Below are positions 46,244 to 55,608 of a DNA stretch of 64,000 bases, piece by piece (the stretch's first letter is position 1; each line of letters begins with the position of its first letter). The DNA comes from Ostreococcus lucimarinus (taxonomy: Eukaryota): the NCBI GenBank assembly GCA_000092065.1, contig CP000594.1. The stretch is one strand, 5' to 3'. A program made the position numbers and the translations under genes. The notes under the pieces are model-generated. The model was given only the letters and a program-made list of their open reading frames with translations. It was not told the DNA's origin and ran no database searches.

Positions 46244-48775
46244 TCACTCGCGCTTGACGCGCTCTAAAGGATGCCTAGAGAAAGATGAAGCGACGGCGAC
46301 GATGGCGCAAACGTCGGCGACGGTGGAACCGATGGCGTCGAAGACGAATTTTGGCGCAAAAATCGCCCAAACCATCAAATGTCGACGGTGGATGAAGGCG
46401 CACAGGGCGGCGCACGTCGCCGCGAATGCGCGGAAGAGCGCGACTTTCATCGATACGCGCACGGTCAATCGTTGGAAAGACTCGTATGGTTCATTTTGAG
46501 TCATAGCGAACGCGAAGAGCGGAATGGCGACGGCGAGAATGATTTCACCACTCCACGTTTCAAAGCCGAGGAGAAATCCCATGCCGTAAAAGTTGAATTT
46601 GCGAAAGCCGGTGAACGCGACGGCGAAGTGTAAACCGTCAAACGAGCACGTGTGTCCTCCACCAAAAAATACAACCGTGCTCGCGAGCCATAGTCCACTG
46701 GCGACGACAGTTTCCGTGCCTTTCGAGCGCGGCGACGCGTCGACCAAGAGGCTGAGCAAACCGTCGTACAAGACGTATGTCAGCGCTACGTACGCGACGC
46801 CTAGGATTGGTCCGGCGAGCATGGCGATCGTCGGTGCGACTGAGAGTATGAAAACTCGCAGAAGACGTGCGACGTTCGCCGACGGCGACCGCGTCGACGT
46901 CTCGATCCCGTTCGCCACAGCGCCTGCGATTGAAAGCGCGTACGTCGCACGGGCGAGCGCGATTCCTTCGCCTTTGAAAACTAAAATTTGCACGCTCCGA
47001 ATCGCCACGGTGAGCCAGGCGCACGATGCGATGTCGACGACGCGTAACTTACCATTGTACGACGCCATCGACGCATGGCGACGAATCGCGTTCAAAGCGA
47101 CGATGACGACGACGAGCCCGCACGTTGCGATGACGACGGTGATCGCGGGCGACGCGATCGCCGTCGAGTCACTCTTCACCCACGACACTCCTAAAACATA
47201 AAGCGCACCGTTAGCAAAAAGGCACTTGCATCCACTTTGCAAGACCCCCGCTTGACCTCGTGTGAATCTCCCAAACATCGCGGCGACGATGAACGTGGCG
47301 AAGAGAAATTGCATCATCTCGCGCTCTTGCACCACGAAACTATTCGATAATCGTGCCACGGACGCTAATATCACCATAAATACACCGACGCGCGCGATCA
47401 TAAGATCTAAATCTCCATCGCGCGCGTCGTCGACTTTGTCGTACGCGAGCACGGCGTGCGCCGTGAGCGTGACGACGAGCGCGATGAAACCAACCGTCAT
47501 GCTCAACAATCCGAATTGTGCCCACTTCGCGCGCGCCAATTCTGCCACCTCATTCATGAAATCCAGCACAAACTCTGTCGTGTCTACAGATTTATTCGCT
47601 CGCACCACCTTCATGAGCGCCGCGAGGCGCGTGGTGTGTTCGGCACCAAACGGACTCGTCTTGCCGTCGCCGTACGATTGAACGTACGTCCAAATTTGCT
47701 CCGCGTTCGCGTGCATCGCGCGCACGTAAGCGGCGAACACATCGCCTCGCCCACTCGCGCGTTTCCCCTCGTGCGCGAGATTGAATACTTTTTCGTTCAC
47801 CTTTCCTAAATTTCCATGCGGTATGGGCACGCCCAGAAGCGTCGCCATCGTCGGCGCGAAGTCAATCTGTGGGAAATCATCGTCGTCTTCGCCGTCGCCG
47901 TTCCCACAGTTCTCACCTTTCGCCCAGGGGTGATACGCGAGCATGAAAGACTCCACCTCCTCGGGCGTCCCACCGCCGTGGTCTCCGTTGTCTGTCATCC
48001 CATGATCGCCGAACACGAACACCATCGCGTCGGCGTACTTTTCGTCCGCTCGCATCGCCTCGACTACGTTCTCGATATCTCGATCATTCTCCTCTAACTT
48101 TGCGCGCATGAAATCCGTCGTCGCCCCGTGCGTGTGGCCGACGTGATCGGCACCGAGCATGTGCCCTATCAAAACGTCCCAGTCATCGGGCGCGCGCAAC
48201 GCGGCCGCCATCGACGCGCGCACGCCGGCGTCCACCGTCTCCGTATCCTTCACGTCAAAGCTCGGATACATCGCCGCCCCCGCCCGAAACGTCGCGTTCA
48301 CGTCGAAAAGTTCGCTCCACGTATCGTCCCCACTGATCGCCATCCGTCGTCCATTCGCGCTCAACTGTTCGATCAAATTATCTTCCCCGAGCGTCGTCCC
48401 GCCGAACGACGCGCTCGCGTCGATAAACGTCGGCAACCCTCCCGTGAGCAATCCCTTCAACCGCTGCTGCGTCGTCGTCGGCGCGTCCGCTATGAATTTA
48501 AACACCATCCCTCGTCCTCGTTCGTTCGTCGCGTCTTCGCACCGCCTCCCCCCCCCGTATCGTCTCGCGCTCGGCAGTTTCAACCGCCGCCGCGCCTCGT
48601 CGCCCTCGTCCCTCGTCGCCGTCGTCCAATCGTGCCGCGCGCCGTCGACGACGAGCACCACCGCCTTATCGACGATCGCGCGCGCCGCGTCCGGCCTCGC
48701 GGTCGCCCTCGACGGCGATTCCACGCGCGCGAGCAGAAACCCAGACGCGAACAGTCGCAGCGCCGTAAACTTCAT
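46244..48775 (-). CDS. PIGO: GPI ethanolamine phosphate transferase 3 (PIG-O/GPI13-like; alkaline-phosphatase-superfamily lumenal domain + polytopic C-terminal domain)
   Basis: N-terminus MKFTALRLFASGFLLARV resembles the PIGO N-terminal TM (LFTSGFLLTR). Catalytic-domain motifs VVLVVDGARHDW and HMLGADHVGHTHG (metal-binding H.LG.DH.GH) are present, then ≥10 TM helices. The 48949 ORF-track start adds an arginine-rich 58-aa extension, judged spurious. Confidence 0.8.
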   Translation of the reverse strand: MKFTALRLFASGFLLARVESPSRATARPDAARAIVDKAVVLVVDGARHDWTTATRDEGDEARRRLKLPSARRYGGGRRCEDATNERGRGMVFKFIADAPTTTQQRLKGLLTGGLPTFIDASASFGGTTLGEDNLIEQLSANGRRMAISGDDTWSELFDVNATFRAGAAMYPSFDVKDTETVDAGVRASMAAALRAPDDWDVLIGHMLGADHVGHTHGATTDFMRAKLEENDRDIENVVEAMRADEKYADAMVFVFGDHGMTDNGDHGGGTPEEVESFMLAYHPWAKGENCGNGDGEDDDDFPQIDFAPTMATLLGVPIPHGNLGKVNEKVFNLAHEGKRASGRGDVFAAYVRAMHANAEQIWTYVQSYGDGKTSPFGAEHTTRLAALMKVVRANKSVDTTEFVLDFMNEVAELARAKWAQFGLLSMTVGFIALVVTLTAHAVLAYDKVDDARDGDLDLMIARVGVFMVILASVARLSNSFVVQEREMMQFLFATFIVAAMFGRFTRGQAGVLQSGCKCLFANGALYVLGVSWVKSDSTAIASPAITVVIATCGLVVVIVALNAIRRHASMASYNGKLRVVDIASCAWLTVAIRSVQILVFKGEGIALARATYALSIAGAVANGIETSTRSPSANVARLLRVFILSVAPTIAMLAGPILGVAYVALTYVLYDGLLSLLVDASPRSKGTETVVASGLWLASTVVFFGGGHTCSFDGLHFAVAFTGFRKFNFYGMGFLLGFETWSGEIILAVAIPLFAFAMTQNEPYESFQRLTVRVSMKVALFRAFAATCAALCAFIHRRHLMVWAIFAPKFVFDAIGSTVADVCAIVAVASSFSRHPLERVKRE

Positions 48776-48961
48776 CGCCGTCGCCAGCGTCCACGCGCGC
48801 GTCCGACGCGCCGGCGACGCATCGCCGTCGCGACCGCGACGGCGCATCGCGCGCGCGCGCGCGCGTTCGTTCGAATCGAAATCGAACGCCGTCGTCGCGC
48901 GCCGGCGACTGGATGGTCGTCGCGCGCGCGCGCGCGCGCGCGCGCACACATTTTTATATGG

Positions 48962-49165
48962 CGCAATCAGAGGTATTGTACGACCTCAGCGTTCATACAA
49001 CGGCGGTGCGCGTACCCATGTATGTATTCATTACCAGAGCCACGGCGACGGCCCGCGCGTCGACCGCCGGACCCACACAGCGCAATCAGAGGTATTGTAC
49101 GACCCCAGCGTTCATATAACGACGGTGCGCGTACCGATGTACGACCAGAGACGCGGCGACGGCCA
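48962..49165. repeat. two imperfect ~88-bp direct repeats (cgcaatcagaggtattgtacgacc[t/c]cagcgttcata[c/t]aacg[g/a]cggtgcgcgtacc...), period ~119 bp
   Basis: Visible duplication at 48962..49050 and 49081..49165 inside the 456-bp divergent spacer between PIG-O (-) and the J-domain gene (+). It is preceded by a (CG)13 alternating tract at ~48925..48952. Confidence 0.7.
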
Positions 49166-49230
49166 TCGGACGCCACGTCGCGCCGCGACGCGCGCGCGCG
49201 ACGGCGCGCGCGTCCGAGATCGCGCGCGCG

Positions 49231-51003
49231 ATGCCGCGCGCGTCGACGCGCGACGCCGACGCGCCGGGTTCGGCGCGCGCGGACGCTCGCGCGCGCGATG
49301 CCGCGTCGACGTCGCGCGAGACGGACGACGCCGACGCGCTGGCATCGGCGCGCGCGTCCGCGCTCCTCGACGACGCGACGCTCGAGCGCGCGATGGGGGC
49401 GACGGAGCATCGACGATTCGCGTTGAAGTGTCGCGCGCTGCGGTTCCGCGCGCGACGCGCGATCGAATCGAGACGCGACGGCGACGACGACGCGGCGCGC
49501 GAGCGACGCGCGGAGGACGCGGCGACGCTGGAGGCGACGGCGGCGTTTTGGCGCGAATTGTCGAGCGACGCGTCGAGCGGGACGAGGGCGCTGACGGCGC
49601 TGTTGAGACTCGCGCTGGACGGACGCGAGGGCGCGGGATCGGACGGGACGCGCGTGTCGAGCGCGAGAGCGCTGGCGAGGGCGCACCGGCCGCGAGACGT
49701 CGACGAGGACGAGGCGCCGACGACGGAGGCGCTGTTTCGGAGCGGCGACGCGCTGCGCGCGCGGGCGACGGCGCAGAATTTCGGAAGCGGCTTCGTCGCG
49801 GGGTTGGGGGGGGTGTTGACGCTGCCGATCGCGATCCCGGCGCAGCTCGCGGCGACGACGTTTACGTCGCTGCGACTCGCGCTGGCGCTGGCGATTTTAG
49901 CGGGGAAGGATCCGCTCGAACCGTCCGTCGCGGCGAAGGCGATCGCGGCGGCGCTCGGGAGCGCGGGAAGCGCGAGCGAAGAGTTGGACGACGTCGCGAG
50001 CGTGGGCGCGGGGGTGCGGGACGGGGTGCAATACGCCGCGATTCGAGCGAGCGGCACCGCGATGCAAAACGCTTCGTGGCGATTGACGCGCGCGGCGGCG
50101 ACAAAGTTGGCGCAGCGCGGGGCGCAGCGCGGCGCGTCGATGGCGATCACTCGCGCGGTGCCGATCATCGGAGGCGTCATCGGCGGCGCCGTGGACGGCG
50201 TCGTGACGCAAAACGCGGGGAACCGCGCGATGGCGGCGTTTTTCCCGCCGCGGCCGAAGGATTGTTCGACGATTGAGGAGAGCATTCGCAAGAGTAAAGA
50301 CGAGGCGGTGGCGAACGTGAAGAACGCGGCGGAAACCGCGGCGAAAACGTTAAACGGCGCGTTCGATAAAATATCCGTATCGCTGAAGACGAGTTTCGGA
50401 AAGCAAACGGACGACGCCGAGGGCGTCGCGACGCCGACGAGCGCGGGCTATCAAAGCCGCGAACTTTTAGCCGACGACTCGTGGGAACGCTTCGAGCGCG
50501 AGCGAGAATTGGAAAACATGCGCGCCGTCTTAGAAGACGACGTCGCGTTCGACGACGTGCACGCAGACGTGTTTTCGACGAAGTCGTCGTCCACGACGAC
50601 GACGACGACGACGACGAAATCTTCGCTCAAAGACGCCGACGCCGTCGAACGCGCCGCCAGGGACAAGAAAAAAGCCGACGCGTGGGCCGAATTCGACGCC
50701 CGATGGAAAGTGTTTCACGAAGACGTCGCCGACGCGACGACGAAAGTGATTCGTTACAAAGACATTCCGTGGCCGCCGAGCACGTCGCGCGCGCTCGCCG
50801 GCTGTCGCGGCAAAAACGCCGCGCCGGACGCCACCAAACGCGCGTATCGCAAACTCATCTTGCGTTTTCACCCCGATCGTTTCTCGAGGTTCACCCTTCA
50901 CGAGAGGGACAGGGATAAAATCATGGCCAAATGCGTGGCCGTGTCCGCCGCGATTCAGACGCAGTACGCCGAAGCGACTCGCGAGTCGCGAATAGCCGAA
51001 TAG
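49231..51003 (+). CDS. J-domain (DnaJ-like) protein with C-terminal J domain (HPD motif) and N-terminal helical/membrane-associated region
   Basis: C-terminal ATKRAYRKLILRFHPDRF (HPD tripeptide in J-domain context). Upstream hydrophobic stretch GSGFVAGLGGVLTLPIAIPAQLAATTFTSLRLALALAILAG. The overlapping +2 frame ORF 48159..50276 is R-rich and rejected. Confidence 0.6.
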   Translation: MPRASTRDADAPGSARADARARDAASTSRETDDADALASARASALLDDATLERAMGATEHRRFALKCRALRFRARRAIESRRDGDDDAARERRAEDAATLEATAAFWRELSSDASSGTRALTALLRLALDGREGAGSDGTRVSSARALARAHRPRDVDEDEAPTTEALFRSGDALRARATAQNFGSGFVAGLGGVLTLPIAIPAQLAATTFTSLRLALALAILAGKDPLEPSVAAKAIAAALGSAGSASEELDDVASVGAGVRDGVQYAAIRASGTAMQNASWRLTRAAATKLAQRGAQRGASMAITRAVPIIGGVIGGAVDGVVTQNAGNRAMAAFFPPRPKDCSTIEESIRKSKDEAVANVKNAAETAAKTLNGAFDKISVSLKTSFGKQTDDAEGVATPTSAGYQSRELLADDSWERFERERELENMRAVLEDDVAFDDVHADVFSTKSSSTTTTTTTTKSSLKDADAVERAARDKKKADAWAEFDARWKVFHEDVADATTKVIRYKDIPWPPSTSRALAGCRGKNAAPDATKRAYRKLILRFHPDRFSRFTLHERDRDKIMAKCVAVSAAIQTQYAEATRESRIAE

Positions 51004-51044
51004 CGAATAGCGAATAGCGAATAGCGAATAGCGAATAGCGAGTA
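50989..51044. repeat. (GAATAGC)n heptanucleotide microsatellite, ~7 units, overlapping the stop codon of the J-domain gene
   Basis: Run cgaatagcgaatagcgaatagcgaatagcgaatagcgagtag. It is followed at 51089..51117 by a second (GTCGCGA)n run (gagtcgcgagtcgcgagtcgcgag) and by a duplicated ~40-bp unit tgattcaatagtcgc[a/g]gtcacacgtcgacgcga (51054.. and 51138..). Confidence 0.85.
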
Positions 51045-51636
51045 GTCAACATTTGTGATTCAATAGTCGCAGTCACACGTCGACGCGAGTCGCGAGTCGC
51101 GAGTCGCGAGTACTGTAGCGAAAAGCGAGTAGTCATCTCATCATTCGTGATTCAATAGTCGCGGTCACACGTCGACGCGATCGTCGCGTGGATGCGCGCG
51201 CGCGCGGACGCGAGCGACGCGAGCGACGCCGCGCGCGACCGCGACCGCGACCGCGCGAGCGCGGCGACGCGGGACGCGGAGATCGACGGGTTTCGACTCA
51301 TTCGCGCCCTCGCGTCGAATTCAACGCTCTCGACCTCGCGCGCGTCGGTCCTCGCGTCGCTCGCGGCCGCGTTCGGCGTGTCCGCGGTCGGCGCGGCGAC
51401 GGTCGTCGCGCGCGCGCGGTCGAGGACGAAGGCGGAGCGGGACCTGCCGCGAGGAACGCACTGGAGGGCGGCGGCGCACGCGGCGCGAGCGCTGGCGGCG
51501 GCGACGAGCGGAACGGCGGCGGCGTGCCTGGGAGCGTACGGCGCGTGTCACGCGCTCGGCGTGCGAAACGTTGAAGATTTGAGAAGAACTCTGCGACGAG
51601 GGACGACGAACGCGCTGGAGGCGGCGCCGGGGGAGT

Positions 51637-52344
51637 TTGGGAAGGATGTCGTCGGGCGAGGACGATGAGGTGGATTTGAGCGCGCTGGCGACGATTTCGG
51701 AGACGTGTCGCGAGTTTCGACGGTTGCACGAGGCGAGCGATCGAGCGATGGCGGTGATTCCGCGGTGGTACGCGCTGTGCGTGAACGATGCGGCGGTGGA
51801 GCTCGGAGAAGCGGCGACGGCGGCGACGCGAGCGGCGCCGAGCGCGCGACTGGACGCGTTTCTCGAGCGCGGGTTCGCGCACGAGAGCGAGAAGGCGCGC
51901 GCGCCGGAGAAGCTGACGAGCGCGATCGAGGACGTTGGAAGGTGCGTGGCGTTCATGGGCGATGCGGTAACGCGCGCGAACGAGGCGCTGGGAGAGTTTG
52001 TGGAGGCGACGTCGGGGAGGCGGCCGAGCGACGACGGCGACGCGCGTTGGATCGCCGACGTTCCGGTGCCGGTGATGCGCACCGCGTTCAAATGGGGCTC
52101 GGAGGAGGAGTACACCATCGAGCAGTGGCTTTGGATGGCGACATCCGTCGTTGAGCAGCTTGAGCGTGAGTTAGAGACGCGGCGTAAGATTTTAGATTAC
52201 GTGCGCGGCGGCGTCGCGAGCGCTCGAGCCGAGGAATTGGACGGATGCGTCGCCCTCTGGAGCGCGCAGCCGTTCGTAGACGATAGATTGTTCGCCATCG
52301 TGTGCGGTGATTCCGCGGACGCGGACGCCGCCGCGGCATCGTAG
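51637..52344 (+). CDS. hypothetical protein (235 aa), possibly the 3' part of a longer gene that includes ORF 51192..51668
   Basis: Balanced composition (WYALCVNDAAVELGEAATAAT..., EEYTIEQWLWMATSVVEQLERELETRRKILDYVRGG). The upstream ORF 51192..51668 overlaps by 32 nt in another frame. Confidence 0.35.
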   Translation: MGRMSSGEDDEVDLSALATISETCREFRRLHEASDRAMAVIPRWYALCVNDAAVELGEAATAATRAAPSARLDAFLERGFAHESEKARAPEKLTSAIEDVGRCVAFMGDAVTRANEALGEFVEATSGRRPSDDGDARWIADVPVPVMRTAFKWGSEEEYTIEQWLWMATSVVEQLERELETRRKILDYVRGGVASARAEELDGCVALWSAQPFVDDRLFAIVCGDSADADAAAAS

Positions 52345-52433
52345 TGTTTGTTGTATTCAATGTATGTACAAGTATCAATTGATTCTAAATCGTTCCGTCG
52401 GCTATAATTCGTTCTAAAAAAAGACGCGCATCG

Positions 52434-54843
52434 TCAAGCGCCCGACGATCGTCGCGATCGACCCCAGGTATTTTGCGTTCCTTGCGTTGAAGTGTTTTGC
52501 GTCCCGCGCGTGCCGCGTCGAGATGGAGCGATTATTTCATCCACATCGTCGCCGCTATCATCACCCGCCGCGGCTCGACCGCGCGTCGCCTTTGCTCGTC
52601 CCGTCGGCGGTTTCGCCGCCGGCTTGGTCTTCTTCGTCGCCGGCTTGGTCGCCGCGGCGCGCTTTCGACCTCGCGCAGGCGGTGATGCGTCAATGACTTC
52701 GTCGTCATCCGATGCCTCGATGACCTCGTCGTCGACGATAAAAGAATCGTCCGAATCGCTCGGCGCGTCGTCTCGCACGACTGGCTTCTTTGCGGCGTTT
52801 CGTTTGACGCGCGTCGAAGCGATGGCCGCCGCGCGAGAAGGTCGCGTCGACTTTTCCACTGGTGCGCTCAAAGGAATGACGTCAGCGTCAGAATCTTCGA
52901 TTTCGTCGTCAGAATCATCGTCCACGCGCGGAGGCTCGGGCGTCGGCGGTTTGGCTGACGCGCGACGCTGCGTCCGTTGCTTCTTTTGCGTCGCCGGTTG
53001 CGTCGGCGCGGCGTCTTCCACCGTCGCCGTGGGTGCGGCGTCATCATTTTCCACCGCTACCGTGCTCACTCGCGCGCGCTTTTTGGACGTCTTTGGTGGC
53101 GGCGGCGCCGTGTTTTCATCCATGACTGGTTTATGCTTGCTAGGTTTGTTTAACTGCACCTTCACGGCTTCGTAAATCTTCGAAGTCAATCGATCGACGT
53201 CGTCGGTGTTTTCTTGATCATCCGCATTCACCGATGTTTGCACCGCCTTTAAGCGCGTTTGACAAAGCTTGGAAATCGCCGCCTTTTCGTCGCGATTGAC
53301 GAAATCGTCGAGCGCGGCGGAGAGATCGTTAGGTGTGAGAAGTTGTAAACCGTCGCTCGTCGACAAGTGTTCGCGCACGAGTCGATCGATTCGTCGTTGA
53401 TTCTCGAGCATGCCATCGGCGAGGGCGTCTTCCTCCTCCAACGCCGCCGCCTCCTCATCGATCATGTCTTCATCCACGTCCACGCCATCGCGACGTTGCT
53501 TCTTTTGAGATTTATGAAAGAGCAAAACATCGTGCGGATTCGCCACCTTGCCGACAAACTTTTGACCGAAGCGCTGCGGATTGATGGTGCTAAAGCCGCC
53601 CGAGTAATCCACGCGCAGACGAATCAAAGGCAAATTCAAGCGGTCGAGCATGTCGACATCGTCTCTCCCATTTTTCGCGTGTCGTTCTCTATGCTTGCGC
53701 CCCGCCCGGACTATCATGGCGTTCACGCGGTTCTCCAGATACGTCGCCACGCCTTGGGCATCCGCGCCTTCGAGCTCGGGCGTGTTCGCCAACGTCATTT
53801 GCTCAAACTCGAACGGTCGCGTCGTTCGCAAGGTGATGGGCGTCGTGCGCCAGAATGGCGCGCTATTCGGATTCTCCGGATCACTTCGCACTTCGAGCAC
53901 GCAAATCTTCTTCTCCTTCGCCTCGCCTTCAATCAAAGACGTCACCACGCTCGATCCCGGTTGCGACACGTGAAATCCCTGCGCGCTCTCGGTTGGCTCC
54001 ACTAAACACTCGTGCTCGTGCCCCCAAACGACGTAATCCAACCAACTCGGCAAGTAACGATCGGAAATCGCATTCTTCGAATGCGCGGCTCGATTTTGAT
54101 GAATCAACATCACGTTAAACCACGAACTCGACGAGCAATCCTCCGTCTCCGCCGGTCGATGCCATCGCACGCATCCCTTGACGCTAAACATTTGATGTAA
54201 ACGATTATCGCGAATGTATCCCAACCCGTACAGCGCCACCTTAGTCTGTCCTTTACGTAACAATACCGGCTTCAAGTCCACGCGACCGGCTCCCCCCCCA
54301 CCGAGCGCGTGCTTGCCGAAATAATTCACCAATCCCGCGCTCGCGAGCACGTCCATCGCGCTCAAATTCGCCTCCCCCGCGGGATCGTCGTGATTCCCGT
54401 GTATGCTAAACACCGGCAACGACACGTTACAATTCGGATCCTCATAATTCGCCATGCCTGATTTTCCCGCATCCGCGCCGTCAGTCATCGTTTCGACCTC
54501 GTCTTCGCCTCGCTTCGCGCGCACCTCGACTCGGAAAGTTTTCCTTCCCATCGCTCAAAACTTCAATCTCGATCCCTTTATTCCCTCGCGTCGCCTCCCG
54601 CAGCGCGTCCATGCACCGCACCAGCGTCTCTCGGCTCGGTTTATTCACGTCGAACACGTCTCCCGCGAGAAACACGCAATCACAGAGTTGTTTTCTCGCG
54701 TGATCGAAGATTTCTTCAAACGCTAAAAACGCGTCATCTTTTCGAATCGGATCGCGCTCGTGCGCGCCCAGGTGCGTGTCCGTGGCGATGAGCACGCGCA
54801 GCGTGTTCGCATCGGGCGGTTTCACCCCCGCGGCCGGTCGCAT
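52434..54843 (-). CDS. MRE11: double-strand-break repair nuclease MRE11, two exons: join(52434..54457,54525..54843) with a 67-nt GT-AG intron
   Basis: Exon 1 (54843..54525) is MRPAAG...TLRVLIATDTHLGAHERDPIRKDDAFLAFEEIFDHARKQLCDCVFLAGDVFDVNKPSRETL...[18 protein letters not shown], which follows phosphoesterase motifs I-II (compare human ILVATDIHLG, LLGGDLFHENKPSR). Exon 2 continues [27 protein letters not shown] (motif III). The two ORFs are in different frames. A 67-nt intron (minus strand GTGCGCGCG...AAATCAG, plus coordinates 54458..54524) restores the frame exactly. The C-terminal region is acidic, K/R-rich and disordered. Confidence 0.85.
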
Positions 54844-55608
54844 CGCTCGCGGCGACGTGTGCGGACGCGATTCGTTTCGTTTTGAATCAGCCTCGTCAGA
54901 CGGTTACCGAGGTTTCGCGCGTTTCGCGCCTTCGCGATCGAATCCACGCCGCGCGCGCGTCGCGCGCGCGATTTTCGCGCCGAGTAAAGCACACGCGAGT
55001 GAATGTTAATGTCACAACGTCACGGTACGGCGCCGAATCGCGGTCGCGAAGCCGCCGAATCGCGCGTCGCCGCGAATCGCCGTCGCGATTCGCCGCGAAT
55101 CTCGAGCTCACGCCCGCGCGCCCGCGCCCGCGCGCGGTGAATTCCCCTGCGAGTGCGCGCTCACCACCGCGGGACTCGCGAATCCGTCGCCCGCCGTCGC
55201 GCCGCTCGAGATTACATCCAAATCCGCGCGCAATCGCTCGTTCACCTCGTCGAACTGCGACCGCACCGACGCCTTCCCGTCCGCCGACGCGCGAAACGCC
55301 TCGTACGCGCGCGTCCAATCGTCCCGCGCGTCCGTCGCGCGACGCGGCGACCCGATCGGCGCGACGAGCTCCGTCGTCGCGCCGTCGTCGTCGTCGTCGG
55401 TCGATTTTCGCGCGTCGCCGCGGCACCGCGCCGGTTCGCACGACGCGCACGGATCGAACGCCACGCGCTCGCGCACCGCGGCGACGAGTCGCGTCGCGGT
55501 GAGCTCGGAGTCGCGCAGCACGCGGTGCGGCGCGGACATGGCGCGTCGCGGTGCGACGATTCGCGTCACTGCGCGACGGGGACGCGTTGCGTTCGATTCG
55601 TCGCGACC

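Noticed and set aside
48159-50276. 705-aa plus-strand ORF spanning the PIG-O 5' end, the promoter repeats and the J-domain gene
   Set aside because: It runs antisense through PIG-O's N-terminal coding region and is out of frame with the J-domain protein. Its content is R/G-rich.
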